Assembly: GCA_965644265.1 (NCBI GenBank)
Contig: OZ286460.1
Span: 50,158,001-50,222,000 of the forward strand
Reading direction: 5' to 3'
Length of the DNA stretch: 64,000 bases
Source: Glycera tridactyla
Taxonomy: Eukaryota
Made by a program: the position numbers and the translations under genes. Numbering within the stretch: position 1 is the first letter of the stretch; every line of letters begins with the position of its first letter. The notes under the pieces were generated by a model. It saw only the letters and a program-made list of their open reading frames with translations, ran no database searches and was not told where the DNA came from. This document shows, in pieces, positions 23,501 to 35,583 of the stretch.

Positions 23501-26500
23501 ACAGTTACAGAACGGGTATTTAGTCTTTCCTTTTGTTCACTAACCAGTGATTTCCCTGATTGTCTGAGAGGCTTAGGTGGTACTGGACATTTTGAAAATT
23601 TCAAAGGCTTGGTTCCGAAATCCTAGATTACAAAAAGCATGATTATAGTGAATAGTGACTGAAAGGATTGAGGAAAACGTGACATTTTTAGGTAAATGAG
23701 GCTTAGGTGGTAAAATCCTTTAGGAAAAATGCTTATGTGGTAGAGAAATAGGCTTAGATGGTCCGCCCAAGACTTTATATAGCAGGGAAAACCCTGCTGA
23801 CTTGTCGACTCTGCGGTCAAGATCAGCTCATCCTTGATAAGGTTGTACCATGTACGGTGACCTTGATGTTTGTTGAGGTCATTCAGAAGAGTGCCCACGG
23901 CTCATTCCATCATACTTCTGTGATCAATGATCCAGCATCGCTAACTATAAGAAAATATGTGCATGTGGTGAGCCAAAAGTTATTGGGATTGTTCCCCTGT
24001 CAACTTTTTGTGGATTCATTACTGTGCTTCAACACAAATTAATATTCCTCGTTGACAACAGGGTGAATCATTGTCATTTCCAGAAGATGAAGTGGTGCCA
24101 ATTTTCAGGAAATTTCCTGAATTCAGGAAACTTGTCACAAAATTTTGAATCCAAAAGTTTCTTGAATCAGGCTGAGTGTTTCAGTATATTAGGATAGTTT
24201 CAGGAAATTTGGCCAGGTTTCAGGAAATTCTGTTTCAGTTTATTGGCATCATTCACTGAGATGGTAAATGTAATCTTGTTGGTGCACTTATGGATGTTTC
24301 CTGCAATATAGGCTTTGTGTGTCACCTTAGGTTTTTGGTCAGCTGTTAGTTTCAGTCAGAGACACTCTATACACACTTTTGGAAGTGTGAAGAGGTGACA
24401 AAAAAATCAATTCATTGTGAGGAGTAGGCTTGAAGAATAATTTGCACAAATTCTTTTATTACAGTTGCCCATATATTCTGTCATTGCAGGAAGTTGCACG
24501 TAAAGCTGTGGAAAAGAAGTTGGAAGCCAAAGAAGTTCAAGACAGGGAAAATGTCCGCAAAGAGCGTCTCTCTCTGTTCAACAAGCGCCGTGAGCAGCAA
24601 GCTCGTATGCGGCGGATTGAACAGAAGATGGAGCTGGTGCAGATCGTAAGTCAACATTTCTGCCAAAGCTGTCTACTTGTCCCTGATGGGATGACACCTC
24701 TGTGAATGTCGGCAGATTCCTGCGAGGTTAACGGCAAATGCAGCTAGCCATACATATGATGAGGAGGGCAGATTTTGCAGTTTAGATCATGAAAATCTGT
24801 TATCATGCTTTTTTTTTCCAGAGATGCCAACCATTTATGATTCTCAAGTGATGGCATTTGTTATGAGACCTTATTTATTCACAAATACAGTCAAACATGT
24901 CCATAACAAGCATCGACGGGCAGGTAAAAAGGGTCATTATAAGCAGCGTGGCCTTCCATGAAATCCGGTTTGAAGTTGAACAGTATGAGCTGAGAAATAT
25001 CATGAATCTTGTTGTGTGGGTGGATTCTTCTGTACTCGCACCCTGCCTCAACAAATTTTATGTTGGTGTTGATCGAACCTTCAATGAGTGACCACCTCTT
25101 TTTGAGCAAGCACTTTTCCGCGCCAACTAGGCTGGTCGTTGTGGCAGGGCTCACTCTATAGCTGGAGGAAAATTAGATAACACTGCTTAAGTGCAAAGGG
25201 ATACCAGGAGCAGTGTTGCATCCAGAGGGGGGCATGGGAGCATTTTACACATTTTTTCCGCCTGTGGGTCCCTTTCTAAGGTGATTAGGGGCCACAATGC
25301 CCCACAAATCAACAAGAGGCGGCACTTTTTCATACTAAGTGAACCCATTTTGGGAAATATTGTGCAGAAATGTCCCCATTTCTCAAATTATAAGGGGCGA
25401 ATTTGGAAATCCTGGATGCATCCCTGCAGGAGATGAATGTGCCTTGGGAATGATGTCCTGGGGCTTGTAATTTGGTCTGAAAATGCTTTGAATTTAATTA
25501 TATTCCCAGTAGTTGATTGGCATGTTTTTCGTTGGTAGCATGAAGAATGGGAAAAACAGACCAAGCTGTTGATGTTCCACATACGTACGAAGGGAAAACC
25601 GCCTGTGTTCTGGCAGCCCAAATCTCACACTCCTGAATCAGAGAAGAAGCTGAGGGAATCATCTAAAGTGTTGAACAGTGAGTAGTACACATGAATGTCT
25701 CGTGAGGTCTAAAATCTATTTCACATGCCATTGGTATTCTCCTTGGTAATATACAACATAAATGTTTTCATTCACAGAGATGCTGCTTACATTTGTCATC
25801 GTGTAAATTGTCGCTTATGTCTATCCACGCCTGCATGTCTCGATGTCGATCGCATGATGAGTCATTTGGATGGAATGAGTCAGTATTCAGTAGCAGTTGG
25901 CCAACAGATTTTGGTTGCTCCGCTTCCAACTCACCATGTGACAGTCCTGGGGTGGAGCCAGTTGCTAGCCCCTGTTCCTCCATGCAAGCCTTTGCAAATT
26001 TATGATTCGTATTGACCAGTGGTGAAAGTTTTTCAGGTATCAGTTTACATAGGATGAATCTGAAAGTTGTACAGTGGGAGACCGCCTCCGACAAGAGACC
26101 GCTTTTCCAAGCCAGCATTCCTATTTGACATAGTCCAACATACCTCCGACTAGAGACTGCCTCTTTTGGGAAACCGCTTTATGGTGACATTTAGGGTAGT
26201 CTCTCATCACAGGTTCCACTGTAGTGTCTGGTACTTGCAGCAGTTGTAAATATATGGGAGTAAAGCTAGGGTGTACATTATGGAATCTCCAGAGATTTGA
26301 TAGTCAGGGCTTTTATTACTGCTGACAAGATCGCAAAGCAAACCTATCCATTTGATGATACATGTATCTTGAAGATTCTCTAATCTCACTCTTCCTAGTA
26401 GAATTTTCAAGGGTTGCATTTGTTTGCAGGTATTATTGAAGAACGGCAGAAGCAGCTGGAAGAAGAGATTGAGGAGCTGATGGACAGAGATATAAAAGAT

Positions 26501-28768
26501 GATGAAGTGGATGTAGACGACATGGCTGAGGACTACCCAGAGGAAGAAGAAGAAGAAGAAGAAGAAGTTAAGGAGGATCATGAGAAGCCAGAAGAAAGAA
26601 GGCCTGGGCGAAAAGAGGAGAAGCGCTCCAAACGAGACTCAAAAGATGATGAACACAGACATCACAAAGAATCTCGCCGACATGAGAAGGATATACGCCG
26701 CCAAGAACGAGAATCCCACCGTCAAAAGCGGGAAGCCCAGCAGCAGGAGATGGACAGTTTCAACAAGAGACATGAAGACGAGGAGATGGATGATACTGAT
26801 GACGATCTCGAGGAGAAAGAGAATAATGATCGACGTTTCATTGTCATGGAAGAAGCAGAAAATACTCCTTCATCGCCACCAGCCAGACGAGTTGTGAGAA
26901 AAGATGATATTGAAGAGGGAGAAATCGAAAGCTCTGCTGCGAATGAATCATTAGATGTCCCAGAACCAATGGATGAGCATGAAGCTATGGGAAACGGTGT
27001 TGATGCTCCAAAAGACGAGGCTGGTTCACGGAAGGTGGAGATCAAGAATGATGAATTGGTGAAGCAAGACGAGTCTGCTGATGAGAGAAAATCTGTCAAA
27101 GCCGACATTGAAATTGAACAAGATGATCGTAAAGAAGATGTCAGCACTACTTCGGAAAGTGACATCTTCCGTGATGTCAGAACTGTTGTTAAAATGGATA
27201 CTGATGAGAAAATAGATGATGGTCAAGGTGCCGATGCTGAAGAAAAAACCAACATAGATGAATCTGAAGCCCAGACTGCTGACAAAAGTAGTCAGGATGT
27301 AACAGATGTGGATGCTGTCCGTGACTCCACGGAAGATAAAGTGGCGAAAGACTCCACTAGGAACAATGAGCAAGATGAAGAAAAACATTCAGAAGAGCAT
27401 GAGCAAAAAGGGAATCCCGGGGAGACTCAAGAGGATTCTCCAAAAGAGAAGTCCAGGACAGAGAGGTCACGACATCGTGATAGGTCACGCGACAGGAAAC
27501 ATTCTGATAGGAAGAGATCACGCGATCGTAAAAGAGGTAGAGAGAGGAGTGCTTCACGAGAAAGGAGAAGTTCACGTGGATCACGTGAGCGAAAGCGTGG
27601 CAGGTCATCAAGAGATAGAGATCGACGGCGGTCACGATCACGTGACAGAGACCAAAAACATCAGGAAAAGAGATCACGCTCAAGAGAAAGAAGTGGGCGC
27701 TCACCGGAGCGCAAACAGAATGAGAGGAGGAGCAATAAGGAGGAGAAAAAAGATGATGATTCCAGTGTGCGTGATCGCAGTTCAGTGTCAGACAGGCACA
27801 GGGATGGTGGAAATAGGCGTCAACGAAGTAGAAGCCCAGTGCAAAGAAGACCAAGAGATAGCAGGGATAGGCGGGAACGAAGTGGTAGCCGGGACAGGCA
27901 GGGTAGGAGCAGAAGTCCAGTCAAACGTCGCAGAAGTGAAAGTCCTGGTGAAAGAACAAAAAATGCTGATAGAAAAGAGTATAGTCCTCAGGAAGGCAGG
28001 TCTGTCAGGAGTAGGAGTCGAGAGAGGAGGTGGGATAAACAAGATAAAACTACAGACAGGAAATCTGATAGTCCAGCAAGGGAGAAGAGCCATGAGCGAG
28101 CAACGAAAACTTCGGGTGTGCACCAGGAAGAAGGGAAAATTAGCCATAGTCGGGATGGGAGCGAAGAAAGGCAGGTAAGAAGTAGAAGCATTGAAAAACG
28201 GACTAAGGATGATGACAAGAAACCTAGTGGAGGGAGTCGAAGATGGGATATGAAAGATAGAAGTCGGAGCCAAGATAAAGCTCATAGCCAGAGCCCAGAT
28301 AGAGTAAGGGATGGCCAGAATCAGAGCCAAAAGTCTGACAAAACCGGTAGCAGAAGTCCAAGCAGGGAAAAGACTGGACGCGGCAAGAGCAATGAACGGA
28401 GTCAAGTTAAACGCAAACAAAGCACTGCACATAGTAGTAGTGAAAGCAGTGGAAGTGATGATGAACGAGGACATAAACATAAAAAGGACAAGAAATTGAA
28501 AAGAAGAAAAAAGAAACGATCATCTCGCGATTCTTCATCGTCATCATCTTCCTCCTCCTCCTCATCTTCCTCCTCATCATCTTCGAATAGTGATTCAGAA
28601 GGGGAACGTGACAAAAGAAAAGTGATAGCGCACAAAAGTGATGACAGTGGTGATGATCGGCCACCTAGTGGTGGTGATCAGCGACATGTTATCCGACAAG
28701 AGGACTCCGGTCCTGATTACCGAAACATTATACTTGCTACAGATATCCCTATGCCTGCAGATGACTGA
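14473..28768 (+). CDS. PNN: Pinin (PNN/DRS/memA), 9 coding exons, 1072 aa
   Basis: Exons 14473-14591, 19940-20014, 20553-20639, 21807-21936, 22458-22555, 23440-23515, 24490-24645, 25539-25677, 26430-28768; 3219 nt, phase-consistent. N-terminal LQEELEKAKESLKGVDETIKKLTGREP; Pinin domain RNRRMFGALLGTL...HEEWEK...IRTKGKPPVFWQP; acidic then RS-rich tail. Confidence 0.95.
15320..16422 (+). repeat. 59-bp minisatellite (about 9 units) split by a transposon insertion
   Basis: Unit ACTTCTTCATTGACGCTTTGCCCATTGGTAGACATCAGCAGTACTGTCAATAAACATCT; runs 15320-15776 and resumes at 16347-16422. Confidence 0.9.
15777..16346. mobile_element. CpG-rich non-autonomous DNA transposon, CAGGG termini, 6-bp TSD
   Basis: TIR CAGGGCTCCCAC/GTGGGAGCCCTG; flanked by CAATAC on both sides. 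Confidence 0.85.
16423..16820. mobile_element. Truncated CAGGG-type element (left end only)
   Basis: Starts CAGGGTTCGCACAGGCCCTGAAAA with GCCCT subterminal repeats; no right TIR found. Confidence 0.55.
16821..18656 (+). mobile_element. DINE-1/Helentron-associated (HINE-like) non-autonomous element with 145-bp central tandem repeats
   Basis: 5' ATACCCCGC...GCGGGGTAT hairpin at 16826-16853; (GTCC)n microsatellite; repeat units at 17009, 17154, 17299, 17438, 17583, 17728 and 18456; 3' subTIR GCGGGGTAT at 18625-18633 followed by a short GCC..GGC hairpin; T-rich flanks. Confidence 0.8.
17736..18312. mobile_element. CpG-rich non-autonomous DNA transposon inserted in the HINE array, 6-bp TSD
   Basis: Perfect 18-bp TIR CAGGGCGCGAAGACATCG/CGATGTCTTCGCGCCCTG; TSD TAAAAG; CACCCGCCCG subterminal repeats. 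Confidence 0.9.
18738..19341. mobile_element. Putative TIR element with TCGGCCA subterminal repeats
   Basis: Left end GATGTCCGGACATATCGGCCACGG versus reverse complement of right end GATTGACGGACGATTCGGCCAACGG; TSD ambiguous. Confidence 0.5.
19403..19558. other. Assembly gap (156 N) in PNN intron 1
   Basis: Run of N. Confidence 1.
19940..20014 (+). CDS. PNN: PNN exon 2
   Basis: tttcag|PNQRRPSGGDSRGREARLFALAGI(R)|gtaaac, 75 nt. Confidence 0.8.
20553..20639 (+). CDS. PNN: PNN exon 3
   Basis: cag|RSISNEDGGPAAKRRSLGGPSPIGGAFS(R)|gtaagc, 87 nt. Confidence 0.85.
21352..21570 (+). mobile_element. CAGGGCTC...GAGCCCTG MITE (family C)
   Basis: Terminal inverted match and GGCAGGTRAA internal repeats; homologues at 31194-31375, 55778-56022 and 54258-54350; near-match 5-bp flanks TCGGG/TGGGG. 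Confidence 0.7.
21807..21936 (+). CDS. PNN: PNN exon 4
   Basis: tag|LGPRVGGGGGPRGG...DSGDEDDQGEK|gtatgt, 130 nt. Confidence 0.85.
21998..22249. mobile_element. TA-MITE family B with an internal duplication of about 90 bp
   Basis: GAAACCTGTGAC...GCAGGTTTCACTG|TA; the block CCTAAATGTCACCAAA...GCTGCCCTG occurs twice. Confidence 0.7.
22323..22397. mobile_element. 75-bp hairpin mini-element with perfect 29-bp TIRs and 6-bp TSD
   Basis: GATGGCTCAGCGCAATACTAGGCTAACTC, 17-nt spacer, GAGTTAGCCTAGTATTGCGCTGAGCCATC; flanked by GATACC on both sides. Confidence 0.8.
22458..22555 (+). CDS. PNN: PNN exon 5
   Basis: cag|PAVQSSVVAPTKEKRSRQDLIREQSKDTKGIA(R)|gtaact, 98 nt. Confidence 0.92.
23440..23515 (+). 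CDS. PNN: PNN exon 6
   Basis: tag|NRRMFGALLGTLTSFKKEASTVTER|gtattt, 76 nt. Confidence 0.93.
24490..24645 (+). CDS. PNN: PNN exon 7
   Basis: cag|EVARKAVEKKLEAKE...RRIEQKMELVQI|gtaagt, 156 nt. Confidence 0.93.
25211..25426. mobile_element. MITE with CAG(T/G)G termini and 6-bp TSD
   Basis: CAGTGTTGCATCCAG/CTGGATGCATCCCTG; TSD CAGGAG on both sides. Confidence 0.8.
25539..25677 (+). CDS. PNN: PNN exon 8
   Basis: tag|HEEWEKQTKLLMFHIRTKGKPPVFWQPKSHTPESEKKLRESSKVLN|gtgagt, 139 nt. Confidence 0.93.
26072..26221. mobile_element. TA-MITE family B
   Basis: TA|CAGTG...CACAGGTTCCACTG|TA; homologous to 46756-47092. Confidence 0.7.
26430..28768 (+). CDS. PNN: PNN exon 9 (acidic, RS/RD-rich and poly-Ser tail)
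   Basis: tttgcag| followed by 2339 nt open to TGA; corresponds to ORF 26414..28768. Confidence 0.95.
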
Positions 28769-31193
28769 TGTGGAGCGGGAAACACTGGGTCCTTTAGCTT
28801 CGTGTTAAATACAAGTCTTGTTCGTTAGTAAGATGGCTCCGCAAGATGAGTGTTAGTTGATTATCATGTCCCGTGTCTTGGTCTAATATCATCTGGGTGG
28901 GTGTGACTGTATTGTGATCTTACAAGTTGGATGTGTTGGAGGTGGTAATTGTGCAGTTATGGGAATGGGCATGGTGTGGAGGAGGGGGGGGGGGGGGGGA
29001 GGGGCTTGTTGGTGGTTTGGTAATATCCTCAATTTACGGGGCTTCATAATTTTTTGTACAGTGCCATGATCTCTTCTAAGTTAATGACTCAGTGAAATTA
29101 TGGGTCTCAGTAAATTTCCACGGCTGATTTTGCTGTGTTGTGTCCAGAGTTTATGAAAAATTCAACCAGAATTTTACTCACCAACTACCAATATGAAGTT
29201 CCATTATTTTCAGTTGACTGTAGAAGTGGAGCTGTAATTTATTGCTATGGCACTTGGAACCATGTATGGTTCTGTATATTCTTCATACTATTTGAAGATT
29301 TCACTTCATCCTGACATCAAACTCTTATTTCCATATCTATTTGACTTCAGCCTTCTGGTGAAACGCTTCCTGTTTGGCTGAATTAGATAGATATGGCAGT
29401 AATAGTTTCATTTCAGTCATATACACATGTATTTGACATCATGGTATCAAGCCTATGATGTAGCAATTAGTATCAGAATTCCTGTGTTCTCTTTCAGGTT
29501 TTATATAGTGATGGCAACTTTCCAACAACTTTCTGAATTCTAAACATTGGATAATAATGAATCAAAATTTGGGAGTTGCTGATATCAAGCTGGGAACTTT
29601 GAAAACAGATTCTTTCGAGAGTATATCAGGGTATTTTCGGAAGAATCAATCATATTCCCAAACGTTTGATTCCTATCATTGGCATCCCTGCTTGTATCTC
29701 CTCCGTCTCAACTTTGATGATCAGTCGTTGCATGGAGCCTAGTGTCTAGTTTGGCATGTGGGATCATGTGCATGTAGGGCCCCACATTACAGTGCATCCC
29801 AACGTACACTATGCATGATTGTATTCACGATAGTAATGCATTCTTCCTCTGTCTCCCTAGAACTTTGTACTCAACTTTTCACTGCATGCCCGGAATCCAA
29901 CCATCATGATCTAGTAATAATAATTACCCTTTTGTGGCTGTCAAGTTGGCATTTTGCACAAAGTATTCAGTTTTTGGAGCTGATTTTTCAATATTTGATC
30001 ATTTTGAATAATAATCAGTCTAGGTTTTTCTTATTCATGTTATCGCAATGGTGTCATCTCTTGTTTGGCATCTGCTTATTGCTGCAAGTGAAACTTGACT
30101 GAATTTTTTGTGTGGCTGCCAGAATTTGTAGTGTTGTTTCGCCTTCTCATTCAGCGAATCCTCAGTAGAATATCTTCATTAGCTGCCCCATCTCTTCACC
30201 TCACATTTCTTCTCTGCTATTTTCCTTTGTACATCATGTGTACATTTCAGGTGCGGTGGAGCTGGAACTTCTCACGTTTATTGTATGTTCTGTATATTTG
30301 TGGTTGGTCACCTGCTTTCATTTGCACTCTGCTTTCCTTCTGGTGTCATCTCTGGTATTTCTGATGCTCACTGATGTTTTATAGTGGCACATCATGTACT
30401 TTAGTTGTACTGATATTCCAAACCAAAACTAAATAGCAAATTATACCATCAGCATTGGTCACTGGGTTATAAGAGATCCACCTTTCTATACAAAGCATGG
30501 AATTCTGTTGAAAAATGTTGAGGGATGTAAAGGAAGGATTCTATATGAAGTAATATATTGAGAACAATTTGTTGGGCCTCAAGCACCTGAAGAATCATTA
30601 AGTTTTGTATCTCAACTCTTGAGGTGCACTTCAATATCTACATGATTATAGATCAGGACTCGCATGACATTTCAAATAGTGCTGAATCGAGTTTTCTTGT
30701 AATTTCAACTGGCATTTGATGAACGACAGTGATAACTGTGGTCGTTCATATGGTTCAAATACTAGCTTATATCATCTCAGCACAAATTATTATCATTCTG
30801 TAAAATTTGATGTTCTCTCAATTTCTTTCAGCATCATTGGTGAGTACTGTTCGACTTTTGAATTTCCAATGTTCACACCTTTCTCTATCTTGCATGTATC
30901 TGACCATTACATCATGGGTTAATTTCTCTTCATGTTTCAGGGATTATTCCATCACATGACACACTCAATGTGCGATCGAAAAGCAGTATTTACTTGCAGT
31001 GATTTGAGGATGCACTCATATTTCATTTTCATAACATTCATCATCATGTTTATAAACTCTCTGAAACCTACTTGCCGCCATCTTTCTTACATTGAAGAGC
31101 ATCTGGGACTAATATTGCTCAATGAAACTTTCAGGGTACACACATCATCAGATCCTAAAACACTGCATTTGAAAATGTGTACGTTGATACAGT

Positions 31194-31375
31194 CAGGACT
31201 CCATGCTAGTGGTTGCCCTACTGGTACAGACAGGCAGATTTATTGTTAGGCCAGGTGGGTTTATTGGTCTGCCTGCCCTATGAGCAGGTACCGAGGCATA
31301 TGTAGTATGGCAGGTAAAAATCCCACTGCAACTGCCCTAAGGACAGCTGAAGGAAAAGGATATTGTAGAGCCCTG
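31194..31375 (+). mobile_element. MITE family C
   Basis: CAGGACTC...GAGCCCTG; homologous to 21352-21570; flanks ACAGT/GCAGT. Confidence 0.65.
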
Positions 31376-32401
31376 GCAGTTAGTGCTATTCCTGGCAAGC
31401 TGGTCTATGGCAACAAGCAGACTGATGGAGGAGTTGAATATGCCCATCAATATTAGCTGGGTCACGAAGAGACCAGCTGGTGTCCTAACCCAAGATTAAT
31501 GTTAAAAGGGGTTCAACTGATATGATATGCACAGCTGGTGACCATAATGAAGCCTCCTACTACATGATTTATATGATTTGCGGTGTTCCTAATCTTGAAC
31601 AAAATGGAATCAGCTGTATTGGTTGATGATCCGCTACATCTTCGGGCCTTTGTTTATTTTGTCAAACTTGAATATTTTTGGGCAAGTAATTGTTGGATTT
31701 TCCTGGGTCCATGGAGGAAGCTCGGTGACTTATGCCTTGGTGATAACAAGAATCATAATCCCTGATGCATTGTTTCAGCCATCATAATGAGCATTTTCTT
31801 TTGTATATCCATCGATCATCATTCTGTTTTACAGGCCAATCATGCTCATCAAAGCAAACAAAGAGAGTGGAACTAGTGCTCGATTCTGCATATTATACCT
31901 CAAATGAGTATTTCTATGAGACTACTTCCACTGAATAGATCACCTCAGTATAAAGACACCTATTTTCACGGTACATCGCCATCGAATCTCATCTTGATGA
32001 AAAGCCTGATATGTTGCAGTGCAGAAGATGAATGGATTGCATATGCCAGTAACCAGCAAGTGACTCGCATTTGAAATGTGTGCCTGGTCAATTTATAAGA
32101 TTTGAATAACTTATTGCATCTTTTTTCAGTTGCAGACATCAGCACTACATGCAGTAAAAAGAATAGATTACATATTCATACATAGTACATGGAAAAAGTA
32201 GCAATGGTGTTGACATGTATATACTATGTACAGCATGAATATTGACATTGACCTAATTATAGAAATAATTATGCTGGCACCTTATCACAGAAGAAATTAC
32301 TTAACTAGTCTGAAAATTTGCTCGTAATTTTTTGAGTTCCAACCTTCTGCGAGACCATTATTTCTCCATCTTAAATCCATTTTCTGGAATCACCTTATTG
32401 A

Positions 32402-32449
<48 letters not shown>

Positions 32450-34387
32450 GTTCTTGTGTATTTTGGTCAATAATTACCACTGCAGTCCAAAGATTTTGAT
32501 TATTTATCTGCTCTCTTATTTTCAGCCATTAGTTTTTGATAATTCCTGAATGCAGCAAAATATGTGTGTTTCTTTCCAGGGACCCCAGCTATTGAAAAAA
32601 CGCTTACATTGGTCATATATGTATTACAAGGCTAAGCAAGGGATTTTGCGGACTCCAGAAACTTCCATTTTAGGAACAGAGCCTAACTATTTGGTGGCCG
32701 TGTTCGATAAGTTAGCTGAGAAATAGTTTGATTTATGACGCAAAGTAAATTTCTTCAGTAAAATGTTCAGCACAAGTGAACAGGTGATGTCATCCTGGTG
32801 AACATTTTCACAAATTTTCCTGACCCAAAGTGACTGATTCAGGTGAAACATAGAATGGGTGAAACAGAAAATCAAGTTATTCATATAAATAAGTAATTAA
32901 CTCTTTGTGGGATGCATCCTCTTTGATTAGCTTTGGGCTGGAGTGGAGTATCAATTTTTCTCAATGTGCGTCTTTTCTCGACTTCTTGAGGTGGATAGGT
33001 GACTGATGCTATGATCAGCAGGCAGCTAATTAAGGGGGAGGGGTCATTTGGAACACCTGTTTCGAGCCAATATTTCAGTGTGTTTCAGCTGCCAACATGT
33101 GTTTAACAATGAGATTCTTTTGCAGCTTCTTGAATGGTGCTGATTATTCCATCAGGCTGCACATCTGACTTATGATCGTGCAGCGCTCTTCCACAAATCA
33201 GGCAAACAGAATTTGCTCGTTTGTTCTACCAAGCATTTGAAGTAAGCGAATGTGTGGCAAGTGAAACAAATGAGCATTTTTCTGAAGGCCATTCACTCAC
33301 AGTTCATGAAGAGTCATAAATATTTATATAGAATGGCCCGAGTGCCGTGTATGGACAGGCATTACCTGCACAGTAGACGGCAATTACATACATGCTAGAC
33401 ATGATATCGGATGATAAATTAGGCCATCCCTCTCAGCAGCTTTTGCCATTGGAACTTTTGGCCATCGGGAGTCCCACTGTCTCAAGACACTAATGAGGGA
33501 TGACCCATGCAAGGAAATCATATGCTCTGGCAATTTTCTCTGCCCATGCTCTGAAATGACCATCAAATGGGCCACTTCATACACTCATCATCACATTCTT
33601 ACTATAATAACCTTGCAAATGAGGCTAGTCTTTCATTCTTTTGCTAATCCCAACTGTTAAAATATACATCCCTACTTTTCAATTCTTCATTACCCCAGAT
33701 ATCCATGTTGGAGGCATGGGTATCCTCAAACCCATGCTTCAGACATAGCTCTTTCTATATCTGTGCAAATTCAAGAGAAATATGCAACTTGTTGACTGGT
33801 GATCCATATTCATCCAACGCCCAATCACTGGGTTTCCGCTCAATGCTCCTGCCTGTTTGGGGGTGCGTGAATAGAAACCTAATGGTACTAGAGTTGATCA
33901 ATCAACGAGCATGAAACTCTTGACACTGAACATTGGGGAAAGTACTACAGACTCACCAAATGCGGGGATTGATCAACGAATACAGCTGGAACATCGTAGC
34001 TGATCGTATACTGGTGTCCTGCCGAGTTAGAGCAATCAACAGGTCAAAGAAGCAGTGGGTTTTGCGGACCATCTCAAGCTGACCAGAGAAGAAAATGCAG
34101 ATGAAAGAAGTAGCCCCAGCTTCCAGCACATATATATACATAGAAGATGGGATAAAAGTAGCATTTTTACGGTGAATGTTAACTCTTGAGATTTTGTACC
34201 CTGCTTCATACACTGCATCTGTTGGTTGCGTGGTTACCAGATTAGAAGACAGTTGTACTGTGTACAGCTGATTTCATCAAGGGCAAGAAGTTGATAGTTT
34301 TATCAAAGTGATAGGTGTGTGTGTGTGTCCGTGTGTGCCATACATGTGTTGTTAACAATTTTGTGTGTGTATGTGTGTGAAGATGCT

Positions 34388-34435
<48 letters not shown>

Positions 34436-34791
34436 TGCGTGTGTGTGTGCGTACATGTTACTCCTAACCAGGTGGTTGTGGCATGTTTGCCGAAGCTTTT
34501 GATATGGAATCCAGTCAGATGATGTGTATATGTCACTCGCACATGTCCAGCAAACTTCATATGCATATGCTCGCCAAATAATTTTACCAGTCATGTCTTT
34601 CGAATTATAGCCACCTGGTGGTCCAACCTGGATAAAGTAAAAACCAAGATAAAGTGTATCATGAGATTTTAAGCATTGATTAGACAACAGCTTGAATCTA
34701 TTGCAAGTAGAAACACCAGCAATTTCACATGCATTTTAGGTCACTCCCTATCAGGGATACTAGACTGCTATGGGTATTCTGTAAGCTCGAA

Positions 34792-34870
34792 CAGGGCTTT
34801 ACATTGGCCAAAATATTTAGGAGCCAGGTGGCTCCTAAGTCAAAATTTTTGGTAGCCATATAGAGCCCTG
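34792..34870. mobile_element. 79-bp CAGGGCT mini-MITE
   Basis: CAGGGCTTTACAT...ATATAGAGCCCTG; central hairpin TTAGGAGCCA-GG-TGGCTCCTAA; flanks TCGAA/TCGGA. Confidence 0.65.
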
Positions 34871-35583
34871 TCGGAGGACCACTACATCTTGGGTATATAT
34901 GTGTACCGAATGGAGGATGACCCCCCGAATCATGATGAAGCTTTATCAATGTGTAACAGTAGTGTGACCATGTATAGGTGATGACAACCAAACACTCTTC
35001 GTTGACACTCTCTCTCTCACCTGCATCTGATGTTTTTACTACGTTCTGTTGCACCTGTATCACATGGTTGAAGTGTCGAGTCGAATGATTGGGCTGGTGG
35101 TGAATAGTTGCATTATGTGTATGGAAATGTAAATATTGTTGCTTCATCTGACATACTCTGGAGTGTTTGTCATTCTCACCCTCTGTATGCTTGCTGTATA
35201 TCATGATCGCTATCTAGAGGAACCATACCAGGGAAGTTGAAGATTGTATAGCCCTAGTGGTTGGTCAGTTAGAATTGTTAACATTCTTGTAATCATGCCC
35301 AATCAACCGACAATTGGTTAGAGTCACTTACGGAATGAATCCTCTTGAGAGCTACATAGACAATGCTTGTGAAGGTGCCTCATCAGATCAAATGGCCTGC
35401 ATCATAGCACGAATGATCTATAAGGTCTATTCCTCAATTATCCCCAGGAAATGGGAGATCAGCAATCATGACTATGTAATTGGAAAATTCCTAATTACAT
35501 ATGTTGTGTATACCACAATAATCTGTTGGTACCGGTATATATCATATTTCAGGGTGTTAAAGATAAAGGCACATATTCTGATG

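Noticed and set aside
26580-28664. Several long overlapping ORFs on both strands (e.g. 27306..28178 +, 27788..28480 -)
   Set aside because: Shadow ORFs of the low-complexity, purine-rich Pinin last exon; no independent splice or homology support
33400-35054. Selenocysteine read-through of in-frame TGA codons in an alternative frame
   Set aside because: TAA and TAG stops occur in the same frames and no SECIS-like element was seen; decay or a wrong frame is simpler
34725-35204. 159-aa ORF as a single-exon gene
   Set aside because: It runs through a 79-bp MITE and contains strong internal donor sites; at most part of it is exonic
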